DNA of 62,138 bases, from the NCBI GenBank assembly GCA_035500055.1, contig DATJXO010000051.1:1-62138 (forward strand), written 5' to 3'. Positions 1 to 7,805 of this stretch are shown here, one piece after another (within the stretch, counting starts at the first letter, position 1; each line of letters opens with the position of its first letter). The translations under genes were made by a program, and so were the position numbers. The DNA comes from Burkholderiales bacterium. GTDB taxonomy: Bacteria; Pseudomonadota; Gammaproteobacteria; Burkholderiales; SG8-39. Under the pieces are notes generated by a model, which did not search any database, was not told the origin of the DNA, and saw only the letters and a program-made list of their open reading frames with translations.

Positions 1-1
1 C

Positions 2-526
2 CCGCTCGACCATTCGCGCGCACTGCGCGCGCGTGAGCAGCGTGTTCTCCGGCGCCGAATCCGCGCGCATCAGGTTGCGCGGCGCCTCCGAGTGCTCGCC
101 CGAGTCCATCAGGACGTGCCCCAGCTCGTGCGCCAGCGAGACCGGCAGGTCGCGGATGCCGGCCGTGATCCACACGGTGCCGGCGAGCTCGGGGCGCGTC
201 GCGGTGTTGCCGTGCCCGAAGGCCTCGGCCTCGAACTGCGGCGAGTTGCGCGTGTCGCGCACGAAGAACACGGCAGGACGCGCGGGATCGAGCTCGCGCG
301 CCAGCGCGAGCGAGCGCGGCGTGTCGAGATCGCGCATTTCCGGCGCCCCGCCCTCCAGCCGGTAGAGGGTCGCCGCCTCGAGCGCGACGCCGCACTGCGC
401 GAGGATCGCCGCCGCGCCGCGCACCGCGGCGGCGATGCGGCGCTGCGTCCAGGAGGAGCCGGCGAAGGCGAACAGGGAAAGCTCGAGCGGATGCGAGCGC
501 CGCGAGCGCGAGGAGGCAGGCCGCAA
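2..526 (-). CDS. hypothetical protein with HEXXH (HELGH) zinc-metallopeptidase-like motif, partial (C-terminus lies beyond the window edge)
   Basis: The minus-strand frame stays open from the stop of the 74-aa ORF (560-562) to the window edge. Hand translation: ...FVRDTRNSPQFEAEAFGHGNTATRPELAGTVWITAGIRDLPVSLAHELGHVLMDSGEHSEAPRNLMRADS... HELGH is encoded by 116-130. Third positions are GC-rich. The start is uncertain (TTG 526, GTG 424 or ATG 337). It is absent from the ORF track because it has no in-window stop. Confidence 0.5.
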   Translation of the reverse strand, partial: MRPASSRSRRSHPLELSLFAFAGSSWTQRRIAAAVRGAAAILAQCGVALEAATLYRLEGGAPEMRDLDTPRSLALARELDPARPAVFFVRDTRNSPQFEAEAFGHGNTATRPELAGTVWITAGIRDLPVSLAHELGHVLMDSGEHSEAPRNLMRADSAPENTLLTRAQCARMVER

Positions 527-559
527 GACGGTTTCGGCGCGAGGCGCGCGCCGCGGCGC

Positions 560-784
560 TCAGCCGAACAGCCACCAGGCCGCGACGGCGCCGGCGAGAG
601 GCAGCATGGCGCAGAAGCGCGCCATGGTGATGACGTGGCGGCGCTCGTTCTGGTCGAACTCGGGCTTCTTGCCGACCGACTTGGCCCGCCTCGAGACCAC
701 CGACTTGAGCAGCAGGTAGTCGACGACGAAAAGGAACGTTCCGCCTGCGAGCCCGATCAGGAATCCCTTCAGCCAGATGTTCAT
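560..784 (-). CDS. small two-TM membrane protein (hypothetical)
   Basis: 74-aa ORF MNIWLKGFLIGLAGGTFLFVV...LPLAGAVAAWWLFG with two hydrophobic segments flanking a basic loop. It lies 30 nt downstream of the GT-C gene on the same strand. Confidence 0.55.
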   Translation of the reverse strand: MNIWLKGFLIGLAGGTFLFVVDYLLLKSVVSRRAKSVGKKPEFDQNERRHVITMARFCAMLPLAGAVAAWWLFG

Positions 785-814
785 GGATCGCCCCTTCGCC
801 CGGAAGCCGGCAGT

Positions 815-2428
815 CTAGCGCAGCTCCGGCCGGGCCATGAGGAGAGCCGGCCCGCGCCAGATCTGCAGCCAGGCGCCGCGGAACGGGACCTGGTACTCGG
901 GCGCGGCCGAGCCCTCGCCGGCCTGGCGGCGGCGCTCGACGGTGAGGACCCGCCCGCCGGGGTGCGCGGCGACCCAGGCCGCGACCTCGGGCGGATCGAG
1001 GATCTCGATCGGCACGCGCAGCCGGCCGACGAAGTTGTACTGCGCGTGGTACTTGCCGAGGTGCGCGAGCGGTACGTGCCCCCGCTCCAGGCGCCCAAGC
1101 ACCGCCGCCGCGGGGCGCGGGTCCGCGTACGGGACCACCGCGGGAACCACGCCCACCAGGAGCACGGCGATCGCCAGCAGCATGGCGACGGCGAGCGCGC
1201 GCAGCTGCTCCAGCGCCGGGCGCGCCGCGACGGCGAGCAGCAGCGGCGCGCCGAGCGCGGCGAGCGCGAGCGGCCAGCGCGGGATCGACGCCGCCCAGTG
1301 CGCGGCGCCGGGCACCCCGGGCGCCTGTCGCAGGTAGTACAGGAACGCGGGCAGCGCGACGAATCCCGCCAGCGGCAGCAGCATCTCCCAGCGCCGCGGC
1401 GCCGAGCGTGCGCGCTCGAGCGCGAGCGCCGCGAGCAGCGCGAACGCCGGCAGCTCGGGCACCAGGTATTTCGCCTGCTTGCCGCTCACCAGCGAGAAGC
1501 CGGCGAGCGCGAGCAGCAGCCAGGCGAGCAGGAAGCGCGCGGCGGGGTCGGGCGGGCCGGCGAAGAGCTCGCGCAGCGCCTTCCACAGGCGGGGCCACAC
1601 CAGCCAGGGAAACAGGATCAGCGGCAGCAGCGGCGCGTAGTACCACCACGGCTCGCGGTGCGCGAAGGAATCCGCGACGCGGCCCGCAGTCTGCCCCCAG
1701 AAGATCGCGCGCCGGTACGCTTCGCCCCCGGCGAGCCCGGCGGGCACCGCCCAGGCGAGCGCGATCGCCGCGCCGAGCAGCACGCCCAAGCCGAGGTCGG
1801 CGTACCAGCGGAGGGCGCGCGCGCGCAGCCGCGACGCCCACCACGGCGCGGCGAGCGCGGCGGGAAGCACGTGCAGCAGCACCACTGGGCCCTTGGCGAG
1901 CACGCCGAGGCCGATCCCGGCGCCGAGCCAGAGGATCCCGGCGCGCCGCTCGCCTCCGGAGAGCTCGAGCACGCCGATCATCGCGGCGAGCACGCAATCG
2001 GCGAGCAGCAGGTCGAACATCGTCAGCGTGACGAAGCCCGCGAAGAGCAGCGTGCCGAAGAGTATCCAGGGGGAAGCGCCGCGCCCGCCCCGTAGCAGCC
2101 TCTCGATCCTGAGCAGCAGCGGCACCGCGGCGAGCGCGCAAAGCGGCCCCACCAGGCGCGGCCACCAGTCGTTGACGCCGAACGCGGCCCAGCCGAGCTG
2201 GATCAGCCAGAACAGCAGCGGCGGCTTGTGCGGGTACGGCTCGCCGTTCACGTACGGCACGAGGAAATCCCCCCGCAGCCACATGTCCCAGGCGACCGAG
2301 GCATAGCGCGTCTCGTCCACCGGCCACAGCGGGCGCAGCCACAGCGAGCCGAGCGCGATAAGGCCCCAGCCCGCAAGCAGGAGCGCGAGGCCGCGATCGC
2401 CCGCGGCGCGTCCGCTAGCCGCGCTCAT
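815..2428 (-). CDS. GT-C fold glycosyltransferase, ArnT/PMT (family 39/83)-like, polyprenyl-phosphate-sugar dependent
   Basis: 537-aa polytopic membrane ORF. The N-terminal loop WPVDETRYASVAWDM...GEPYPHKPPLLFWL is typical of ArnT/PMT_2 enzymes (DE motif in the first periplasmic loop). The start overlaps the DedA-like gene by 14 nt. Confidence 0.85.
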   Translation of the reverse strand: MSAASGRAAGDRGLALLLAGWGLIALGSLWLRPLWPVDETRYASVAWDMWLRGDFLVPYVNGEPYPHKPPLLFWLIQLGWAAFGVNDWWPRLVGPLCALAAVPLLLRIERLLRGGRGASPWILFGTLLFAGFVTLTMFDLLLADCVLAAMIGVLELSGGERRAGILWLGAGIGLGVLAKGPVVLLHVLPAALAAPWWASRLRARALRWYADLGLGVLLGAAIALAWAVPAGLAGGEAYRRAIFWGQTAGRVADSFAHREPWWYYAPLLPLILFPWLVWPRLWKALRELFAGPPDPAARFLLAWLLLALAGFSLVSGKQAKYLVPELPAFALLAALALERARSAPRRWEMLLPLAGFVALPAFLYYLRQAPGVPGAAHWAASIPRWPLALAALGAPLLLAVAARPALEQLRALAVAMLLAIAVLLVGVVPAVVPYADPRPAAAVLGRLERGHVPLAHLGKYHAQYNFVGRLRVPIEILDPPEVAAWVAAHPGGRVLTVERRRQAGEGSAAPEYQVPFRGAWLQIWRGPALLMARPELR

Positions 2429-3104
2429 CGAGCGCGTCGTCCACTTCCGCGCCTAGGGTGCGGCCGCGGCGGTAGCGGTGATAGAGCCAGACGCCGAGCG
2501 CCGCGGAAGCGAGCAGCAGCGCCACCGCGAGCGCCACGCGCGGCGCGCCGCCGACCTCCACGCCGCTGCCGGCGAGCGCGAACGCGAGCGTGAGCGGGTA
2601 GTAGCCGATGAGCGACCCGGCGAGGAACGGCCCCGGCCGCACGCTCGAGACGCCCGCGGCGAGGCTGGTGGCGAAGTTGTTGCCGAGCGGAAGCAGCCGC
2701 ACCAGCAGCGACATCGCGAACGGGTTGCCGGCGAGGAACGCGTCGATGCGCCGGACCCGCGCGCCGAAGCGCGCGCCGAGAAGCGGCCGCCCGACGAGGC
2801 GCCCGTAGGCGAAAGTGAGGGCGCAGCCGAGCTCGGTCGCCGCGAGCGCGAGCAGCGATCCGGACCCGGCGCCGAAGGCGTAGCCGCCGAGGAAACTCAC
2901 GACATGCCGCGGCACCGCGATCGCGGTCGCCACGCCTCCCGCCGCCACGAACAGCAGCTGGCCGCCGACGCCCTGGCCGCGCACCTCGCGGTCGATCCAG
3001 TCCTCCGACAGCAGGCTGCGCAGCCCGCCGCGCTCGAGCAGCGCGCCGAGCGCGACCAGCGTGGCGAGGAAAACCAGCCCGGGGGCGAGCGTGCGCAGCT
3101 TCAC
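2415..3104 (-). CDS. DedA / TVP38-TMEM64 (SNARE-associated) family membrane protein
   Basis: Last 229 codons of the 2415..4016 ORF, starting at GTG 3104: [20 protein letters not shown]...FLGGYAFG...[16 protein letters not shown]. The upstream part of that ORF is Arg/Ala-rich noise antisense-framed over the GT2 gene. The GTG overlaps the GT2 stop (GTGA). Confidence 0.75.
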   Translation of the reverse strand: MKLRTLAPGLVFLATLVALGALLERGGLRSLLSEDWIDREVRGQGVGGQLLFVAAGGVATAIAVPRHVVSFLGGYAFGAGSGSLLALAATELGCALTFAYGRLVGRPLLGARFGARVRRIDAFLAGNPFAMSLLVRLLPLGNNFATSLAAGVSSVRPGPFLAGSLIGYYPLTLAFALAGSGVEVGGAPRVALAVALLLASAALGVWLYHRYRRGRTLGAEVDDALDERG

Positions 3105-3850
3105 CGGCGCGGGACTTCGCTCGCCTCGGGGCGGCGGCCGCGGCGCCGCAGCCACATCACCCCGGCGAGGTCGACGATCCCGACCCAGAGGCGGTCGAGC
3201 ACGCCGTAGTTGGAGCGACCGCGCGTGCGCGGCCGGTGGCCGACCTCGACCACCCGCGTCGCGCCGCCGTCCCGCTGCACCAGCGCCGGGATGAAGCGAT
3301 GCATGTGATCGAAGTACGGCAGCTCGAGATACGCGGCGCGCCGCACGAGCTTCAGGCCGCAGCCGGTGTCGGGCGTTGCGTCCCCCAGCAGCCGCGAGCG
3401 CACGCCGTTCGCGACGCGGGAAGACAGGCGCTTCACGAGGCTGTCCTGCCTTCTCCTGCGGTAGCCCGAGACCAGCGCCACCGCGCCTTCCGCCTCGTCC
3501 CTCGCCCCGATCAGCCTCGGGATGTCGGCCGGGTCGTTCTGGCCGTCGCCGTCGAGCGTCGCGATCCACTCGCCGCGCGCGGCGCGCACGCCCGTCATCA
3601 GCGCAGCGCTCTGCCCGCAGGACTCGCGGTGCCGCAGCACGCGCAGCCTCGGGTAGCGTGCCATCGCCTCGGCAAGGCGCTCGGGCGTGGCGTCGCGGCT
3701 GCCGTCGTCGACGTACACGACCTCGAACTCGCCGCGGCCCTCGAGCGCGGCATGGATTTCGGCGAGCAGCGGCAAGATGTTGTCCTGCTCGTTCCTCACC
3801 GGGACGACCACCGACAGCGACACCCGGGGACTCGTGGCGAAAAGCCGCAT
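3101..3850 (-). CDS. family 2 glycosyltransferase, polyprenyl-phosphate sugar synthase (ArnC/Dpm1-like)
   Basis: 249 aa with [24 protein letters not shown] and [11 protein letters not shown] motifs characteristic of GT2 Dpm1/ArnC-type enzymes. Confidence 0.85.
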   Translation of the reverse strand: MRLFATSPRVSLSVVVPVRNEQDNILPLLAEIHAALEGRGEFEVVYVDDGSRDATPERLAEAMARYPRLRVLRHRESCGQSAALMTGVRAARGEWIATLDGDGQNDPADIPRLIGARDEAEGAVALVSGYRRRRQDSLVKRLSSRVANGVRSRLLGDATPDTGCGLKLVRRAAYLELPYFDHMHRFIPALVQRDGGATRVVEVGHRPRTRGRSNYGVLDRLWVGIVDLAGVMWLRRRGRRPEASEVPRR

Positions 3851-3870
3851 TATCCCATTCCGGGCTGGCG

Positions 3871-3876
3871 TATAAT
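3871..3876 (+). promoter_or_regulatory. candidate -10 box (TATAAT) for the ahcY leader
   Basis: Perfect TATAAT about 8 nt upstream of the first riboswitch helix. I see no convincing -35. Confidence 0.35.
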
Positions 3877-3879
3877 GCC

Positions 3880-3945
3880 GCCTGCTGAGGAGCGTTGCGT
3901 TCCCCCCGGGGGATCAGGCTCAGCGAAATCAACGGCGCTCGCATC
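3880..3945 (+). promoter_or_regulatory. SAH (S-adenosylhomocysteine) riboswitch aptamer
   Basis: GCUGAGGAGCGUUGCG-(UCCCCC...GGGGGA hairpin)-UCAGGCUCAGC-GAAAUCAACGGCGCUCGC. P1 is GCUGAG (3884-3889) paired with CUCAGC (3919-3924). The AGGAGCGUUGC, CAGGCUC and AACGGCGCUC blocks match the SAH riboswitch consensus (Rfam RF01057) as I recall it. It sits directly upstream of ahcY, its canonical target. Confidence 0.8.
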
Positions 3946-3972
3946 GCAACCGGTGCGGGCGCTTTGCTTTTT
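3935..3972 (+). terminator. intrinsic terminator acting as the SAH riboswitch expression platform
   Basis: GCGCUCGCA (3935-3943) pairs with UGCGGGCGC (3954-3962): 9 bp including one G-U, with a 10-nt loop, followed by UUUGCUUUUU (3963-3972). The 5' arm reuses the GGCGCUC 3' strand of the aptamer. Confidence 0.6.
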
Positions 3973-4006
3973 GGGACCCCGCGAACGAGAAGGGAGCACC
4001 GCAGCC

Positions 4007-5419
4007 ATGAACGCACCCGACCAGAAGCTCGCCGACTGCGCCATCGCCGACGCCGCGCTCGCCGGCTGGGGGCGGCGCGAGATCGCGATCGCCGAGTCCG
4101 AGATGCCGGCGCTGATGGCGATCCGCGAGGAGTACTCGCTCACCAAGCCGCTGAAGGGCGCGCGCATCGCGGGGTCGCTGCACATGACCATCCAGACCGC
4201 GGTGCTCATCGAGACGCTGCAGGCGCTCGGCGCGGAGGTGCGCTGGGCCTCGTGCAACATCTTCTCGACGCAGGACCACGCTGCCGCGGCGATCGCCGCG
4301 GCGGGCACCCCGGTGTTCGCGAAGAAGGGCGAAACGCTCGCCGAGTACTGGGACTACACCCACCGCATCTTCGAGTTCGGCCGCGACCGCGGGCCCAACA
4401 TGATCCTGGACGACGGCGGCGACGCGACGCTGCTGATGCATCTGGGCGTCAAGGCGGAGAAGGATTCCTCCGTGCTCTCGAAGCCAGGCAGCGAAGAGGA
4501 GGTGGCCCTGTTTTCCGCCATCAGGAACCGGCTCGCTTCGCGGCCGGGCTGGTACGGCAAAGTCGCGAAAGAGATCCGCGGCGTCACCGAAGAGACCACC
4601 ACCGGCGTGCACCGCCTCTACCAGATGGCGAAGGAAGGCCGGCTGATGTTCCCGGGCATCAACGTCAACGACTCGGTGACCAAGTCCAAGTTCGACAACC
4701 TCTACGGCTGCCGCGAGTCGCTGGTCGACGGCATCAAGCGCGCCACCGACGTCATGGTGGCGGGCAAGGTCGCGGTGGTCTGCGGCTACGGCGACGTCGG
4801 CAAGGGCTCGTCGCAGGCGCTGCGCGCGCTCTCGGCCCAGGTCTGGGTCACCGAGGTCGACCCTATCTGCGCGCTGCAGGCGGCGATGGAGGGCTACCGC
4901 GTCGTGACCATGGACGAGGCCTGCGACAAGGCCGACATCTTCGTCACGGCCACAGGCAACTTCCACGTCATCACGCACGAGCACATGAAGCGCATGAAGG
5001 ACCAGGCGATCGTGTGCAACATCGGGCACTTCGACAACGAGATCGACGTCGCGTCGCTGGAGAAGTACAAGTGGGAGGAGATCAAGCCGCAGGTGGACCA
5101 CGTCATCTTCCCCGACGGCAAGAGGATCATCCTGCTCGCCAAGGGACGCCTGGTGAACCTCGGCTGCGCCACCGGGCACCCGAGCTACGTCATGAGCTCC
5201 TCGTTCGCCAACCAGGTGATCGCGCAGGTCGAGCTCTTCGGCAACACCTCGAAGTACCCGGTGGGCGTCTACACCCTGCCCAAGCACCTCGACGAGAAGG
5301 TGGCGCGCCTGCAGCTGAAGAAGCTCAACGCGCGCCTCACCGAGCTCACCGACCGGCAGGCCGCCTACATCGGCGTGCCCAGGGCCGGCCCGTACAAGAG
5401 CGACCACTACCGCTACTGA
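4007..5419 (+). CDS. ahcY: adenosylhomocysteinase
   Basis: 470 aa from ATG 4007 inside the 3236..5419 ORF: [43 protein letters not shown]...GYGDVGKGS...[10 protein letters not shown]...KSDHYRY, the full-length SAHH signature. The upstream part of the ORF is non-coding leader and antisense. Confidence 0.95.
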   Translation: MNAPDQKLADCAIADAALAGWGRREIAIAESEMPALMAIREEYSLTKPLKGARIAGSLHMTIQTAVLIETLQALGAEVRWASCNIFSTQDHAAAAIAAAGTPVFAKKGETLAEYWDYTHRIFEFGRDRGPNMILDDGGDATLLMHLGVKAEKDSSVLSKPGSEEEVALFSAIRNRLASRPGWYGKVAKEIRGVTEETTTGVHRLYQMAKEGRLMFPGINVNDSVTKSKFDNLYGCRESLVDGIKRATDVMVAGKVAVVCGYGDVGKGSSQALRALSAQVWVTEVDPICALQAAMEGYRVVTMDEACDKADIFVTATGNFHVITHEHMKRMKDQAIVCNIGHFDNEIDVASLEKYKWEEIKPQVDHVIFPDGKRIILLAKGRLVNLGCATGHPSYVMSSSFANQVIAQVELFGNTSKYPVGVYTLPKHLDEKVARLQLKKLNARLTELTDRQAAYIGVPRAGPYKSDHYRY

Positions 5420-5429
5420 CGGATTCCCC

Positions 5430-5804
5430 TTGCTCCGGCTGCTCCTCGTCTGGCTGATCAACGCGCTGTCGCTGCTCGCGGTGGCGTACCTGATCCCCTC
5501 GATCCAGGTCGCGAGCTTCGCCGCGGCGCTGGCGGCCGCGGTGGTGCTCGGGCTGGTCAACGCGGTGATCCGGCCGCTGCTCATCCTGCTCACGCTGCCG
5601 GCGACGCTCCTCACGCTCGGCCTGTTCATCTTCGTCCTCAACGGACTGCTGTTCTGGCTGGTGGGCTCGTTCCTGCGCGGCTTCGTCGTCGGCGGATTCT
5701 GGGCCGGCGTGTTCGGCGCGATCCTCTACAGCATCGTGTCGTGGGCGCTGTCGGCGGCGCTGCTGCCCGGGCGGCGGGTGCACGTCATCGTGGAAAGGGA
5801 CTGA
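5430..5804 (+). CDS. 4-TM phage-holin-family-4-like membrane protein (commonly found next to ahcY)
   Basis: 124 aa, TTG start, (M)LRLLLVWLINALSLLAVAYLIPSIQV...VNAVIRPLLILLTLPATLLTLGLFIFVLNGLLFWL. Four hydrophobic helices. Starts 10 nt after the ahcY stop. Confidence 0.7.
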   Translation: MLRLLLVWLINALSLLAVAYLIPSIQVASFAAALAAAVVLGLVNAVIRPLLILLTLPATLLTLGLFIFVLNGLLFWLVGSFLRGFVVGGFWAGVFGAILYSIVSWALSAALLPGRRVHVIVERD

Positions 5805-5809
5805 GCGTC

Positions 5810-6739
5810 ATGAAGATCGCGGTCATGGGCGCGGGCGGCGTCGGCGGCTATTTCGGCGCGCGCCTGCAGCAGGCGGGAAACGAGGTCGTCTACATCGCGC
5901 GCGGCCGGCATCTGGAGGCGATGCGCTCGAAGGGCCTCGCGGTGAAGAGCCCGGCGGGCGAGATCCGGCTGAAGGTGACGGCGGTGGAGAAGCCCGCCGA
6001 GGCGGGCGCCGCCGACGTCGTGCTGTTCGCGGTCAAGCTCTGGGACACCGAGAGCGCGGCCGAGGGCATCCGGCCGCTGCTCGCCTCGGGCGGCGCCGTG
6101 ATCCCGTTCCAGAACGGCGTCGAGTCGATCGAGCGGATCGGCAAGGTCCTCGGCGCCGAGCGCGTGATGGGCGGCGCCGCGTACATCGCCGGCCGCATCG
6201 CCGAGCCGGGGGTGATCCAGCAGACCGGCACCATGGCGCGGCTGCGCTTCGGACCGGTGCTGCCCGCGCAGCGCTCCCTCGCCGAGCGGTTCCTCGCCGC
6301 CTGCAAGGCGGCGAGCATCGACGCCGAGTTGAGCGACGACATCGTGCGGGTGCTGTGGGAGAAGTTCGTGCTGCTGGTCGCCATGTCGGCGGCCACCGCG
6401 GTGACGCGCAAGCCCGCGGGCGTGGTGCGCGCCGACCCCGACATGCGCTGGCTGCTGGAGGCGACCATGCGCGAAACCTGGCAGCTCGGCCGCAAGCGCG
6501 GCGTGGCGCTGGCCGACGACCTGGTCGCGAAGACGCTTGCGATGGTGGACACCCTGCCGGCGGAGATGCGGGCCTCGATGGCGGCGGACCTCGAGGCGGG
6601 CGGCCGGCTCGAGGCGCCGTGGCTCTCCGGGGCGGTGGCGCGCATGGCGCGCGAGGCCGGGATCGAGGCGCCGGTCAACCGCGCGGTGTTCGCCGCGCTC
6701 AAGCCCTACGTGGATGGATCTCAAGCAGCGGCTGCTTGA
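5810..6739 (+). CDS. ketopantoate reductase (PanE/ApbA) family NAD(P)H oxidoreductase
   Basis: ATG 5810 preceded by GGAAAGGGA. MKIAVMGAGGVGGYFGARL Rossmann motif, then ...LFAVKLWD...FQNGV...LWEKFV..., typical of the 2-dehydropantoate 2-reductase family. Confidence 0.8.
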   Translation: MKIAVMGAGGVGGYFGARLQQAGNEVVYIARGRHLEAMRSKGLAVKSPAGEIRLKVTAVEKPAEAGAADVVLFAVKLWDTESAAEGIRPLLASGGAVIPFQNGVESIERIGKVLGAERVMGGAAYIAGRIAEPGVIQQTGTMARLRFGPVLPAQRSLAERFLAACKAASIDAELSDDIVRVLWEKFVLLVAMSAATAVTRKPAGVVRADPDMRWLLEATMRETWQLGRKRGVALADDLVAKTLAMVDTLPAEMRASMAADLEAGGRLEAPWLSGAVARMAREAGIEAPVNRAVFAALKPYVDGSQAAAA

Positions 6740-7643
6740 TCCCCGGCAGCCGGTCCTGCTCTACGGCACCACGCCGCCGCGCGCGGGCACGGCCGGCGAC
6801 GCGGTGCGCGCCGCGGCCGACAAGCTCGCCGCCCGCCTCGGCGCCCTGCCGCTCGACGGCGTGGTGGTCTACGACATCCAGGACGAATCCGGCCGCACGT
6901 ACGAGCCGCGCCCCTTTGCCTTCAGCGGCACGATAGATCCGCGCGCCTATGCGCGGCTGCTCGCCGAGCGCTGCGCGCGCCCGGCGATCACCTACAAGTG
7001 CGTCGGCGCGCTCGACGAAGCGGGCTGGCGAGCGTGGCTCGACGAGACGGCGCGCGACTACGGCGCCGGCGCAATCTCCGTCGTCGGCCGCCCCGCCTCG
7101 GGCGTGCGCTATCCGCTCGCGCTGTCGCGGGCGATCCGCATCGCCGCCGCGCACCCCGCCGGCTTCGCCGTCGGCGGCGTCGCGATCGCCGAGCGCCACA
7201 CCGCGGCGCGCAGCGAGTCGGCGCGCCTGCTCGCGAAATCGATCGAGGGCTGCGGCTACTTCATCTCGCAGACCGTGTACCACGCCGAATCGACCGTGCA
7301 GCTGCTCGCCGACTACGCGCGCGACTGCCGCGGCGCCGGCGTCGCGCCGCGGCGCGTGGTGCTCACCTTCTCGCCCGTCGGGCGCGAGAAGACGCTGCGC
7401 TTCCTCGAATGGCTCGGCGTGCGCATCGCGCCCGGGGTCGCCGCGGAGATCCTCGGCGCGCCGGACCCGCTGGCGAAATCGATCGAGATCTGCCGCGACA
7501 ACCTGCGCCGCATCCTCGACGGCGCGCGCGCGCGCGAGGTGCCGCTCGGGGTGAACGTCGAGAGCGTCTCGATCCACCGCGACGAGATCGAGGCCTCGGT
7601 CGAGCTTTTCCATGTACTCAGCGGGGTCTTCGCAGCCGGCTAG
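6714..7643 (+). CDS. divergent methylenetetrahydrofolate reductase (MTHFR) fold protein
   Basis: 309 aa from ATG 6714. LLYGTTPPRAG, GVVVYDIQDES, ISVVGRP, YFISQTVYHAESTVQLLADYARDCRGAG and VVLTFSPVGREKTLRFLEWLGVRI align by eye with the E. coli MetF blocks VSFEFFPPRT, VSVTYGANSGER, IVALRGD, AITQFFFDVESYLRFRDRC and IIPGILPV. It overlaps the preceding gene by 26 nt. Confidence 0.6.
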   Translation: MDLKQRLLDPRQPVLLYGTTPPRAGTAGDAVRAAADKLAARLGALPLDGVVVYDIQDESGRTYEPRPFAFSGTIDPRAYARLLAERCARPAITYKCVGALDEAGWRAWLDETARDYGAGAISVVGRPASGVRYPLALSRAIRIAAAHPAGFAVGGVAIAERHTAARSESARLLAKSIEGCGYFISQTVYHAESTVQLLADYARDCRGAGVAPRRVVLTFSPVGREKTLRFLEWLGVRIAPGVAAEILGAPDPLAKSIEICRDNLRRILDGARAREVPLGVNVESVSIHRDEIEASVELFHVLSGVFAAG

Positions 7644-7654
7644 AGGGTTGTCGT

Positions 7655-7695
7655 ATTTCCAACATTCCGGCTGCAGCGCGAGTCGGAATGGAAAT
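7655..7695 (+). repeat. imperfect inverted repeat / hairpin downstream of the MTHFR-like gene
   Basis: ATTTC(caa)CATTCCG - 14 nt - CGGAATGGAAAT. The inner arm is 7 bp and perfect; the outer arm is 5 bp after a 3-nt bulge. No U-tract follows. Confidence 0.4.
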
Positions 7696-7805
7696 CTCCG
7701 TAGGGAATTCTCGATTGCTGCTGCTCCGTCTTGATCCACCTCAAATCAAGTGACATGTTCTCACGGATAGTCGGCTTCACTAGCCAGAAGGGGTGGGAGT
7801 CAGGC

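Noticed and set aside
92-2095. 667-aa plus-strand ORF. Many similar long alternate-frame ORFs exist, e.g. 3929..5641(-), 15889..17322(-), 17594..19708(+), 38131..39744(-), 39832..41976(-), 43245..44768(-), 46471..47994(-), 52759..54921(-) and 59425..61149(-).
   Set aside because: Their translations are dominated by Arg/Ala/Gly/Pro/Asp runs with no recognisable motifs. Each lies opposite or out of frame to a gene with clear family signatures. Long stop-free alternate frames are expected at about 70 percent GC.
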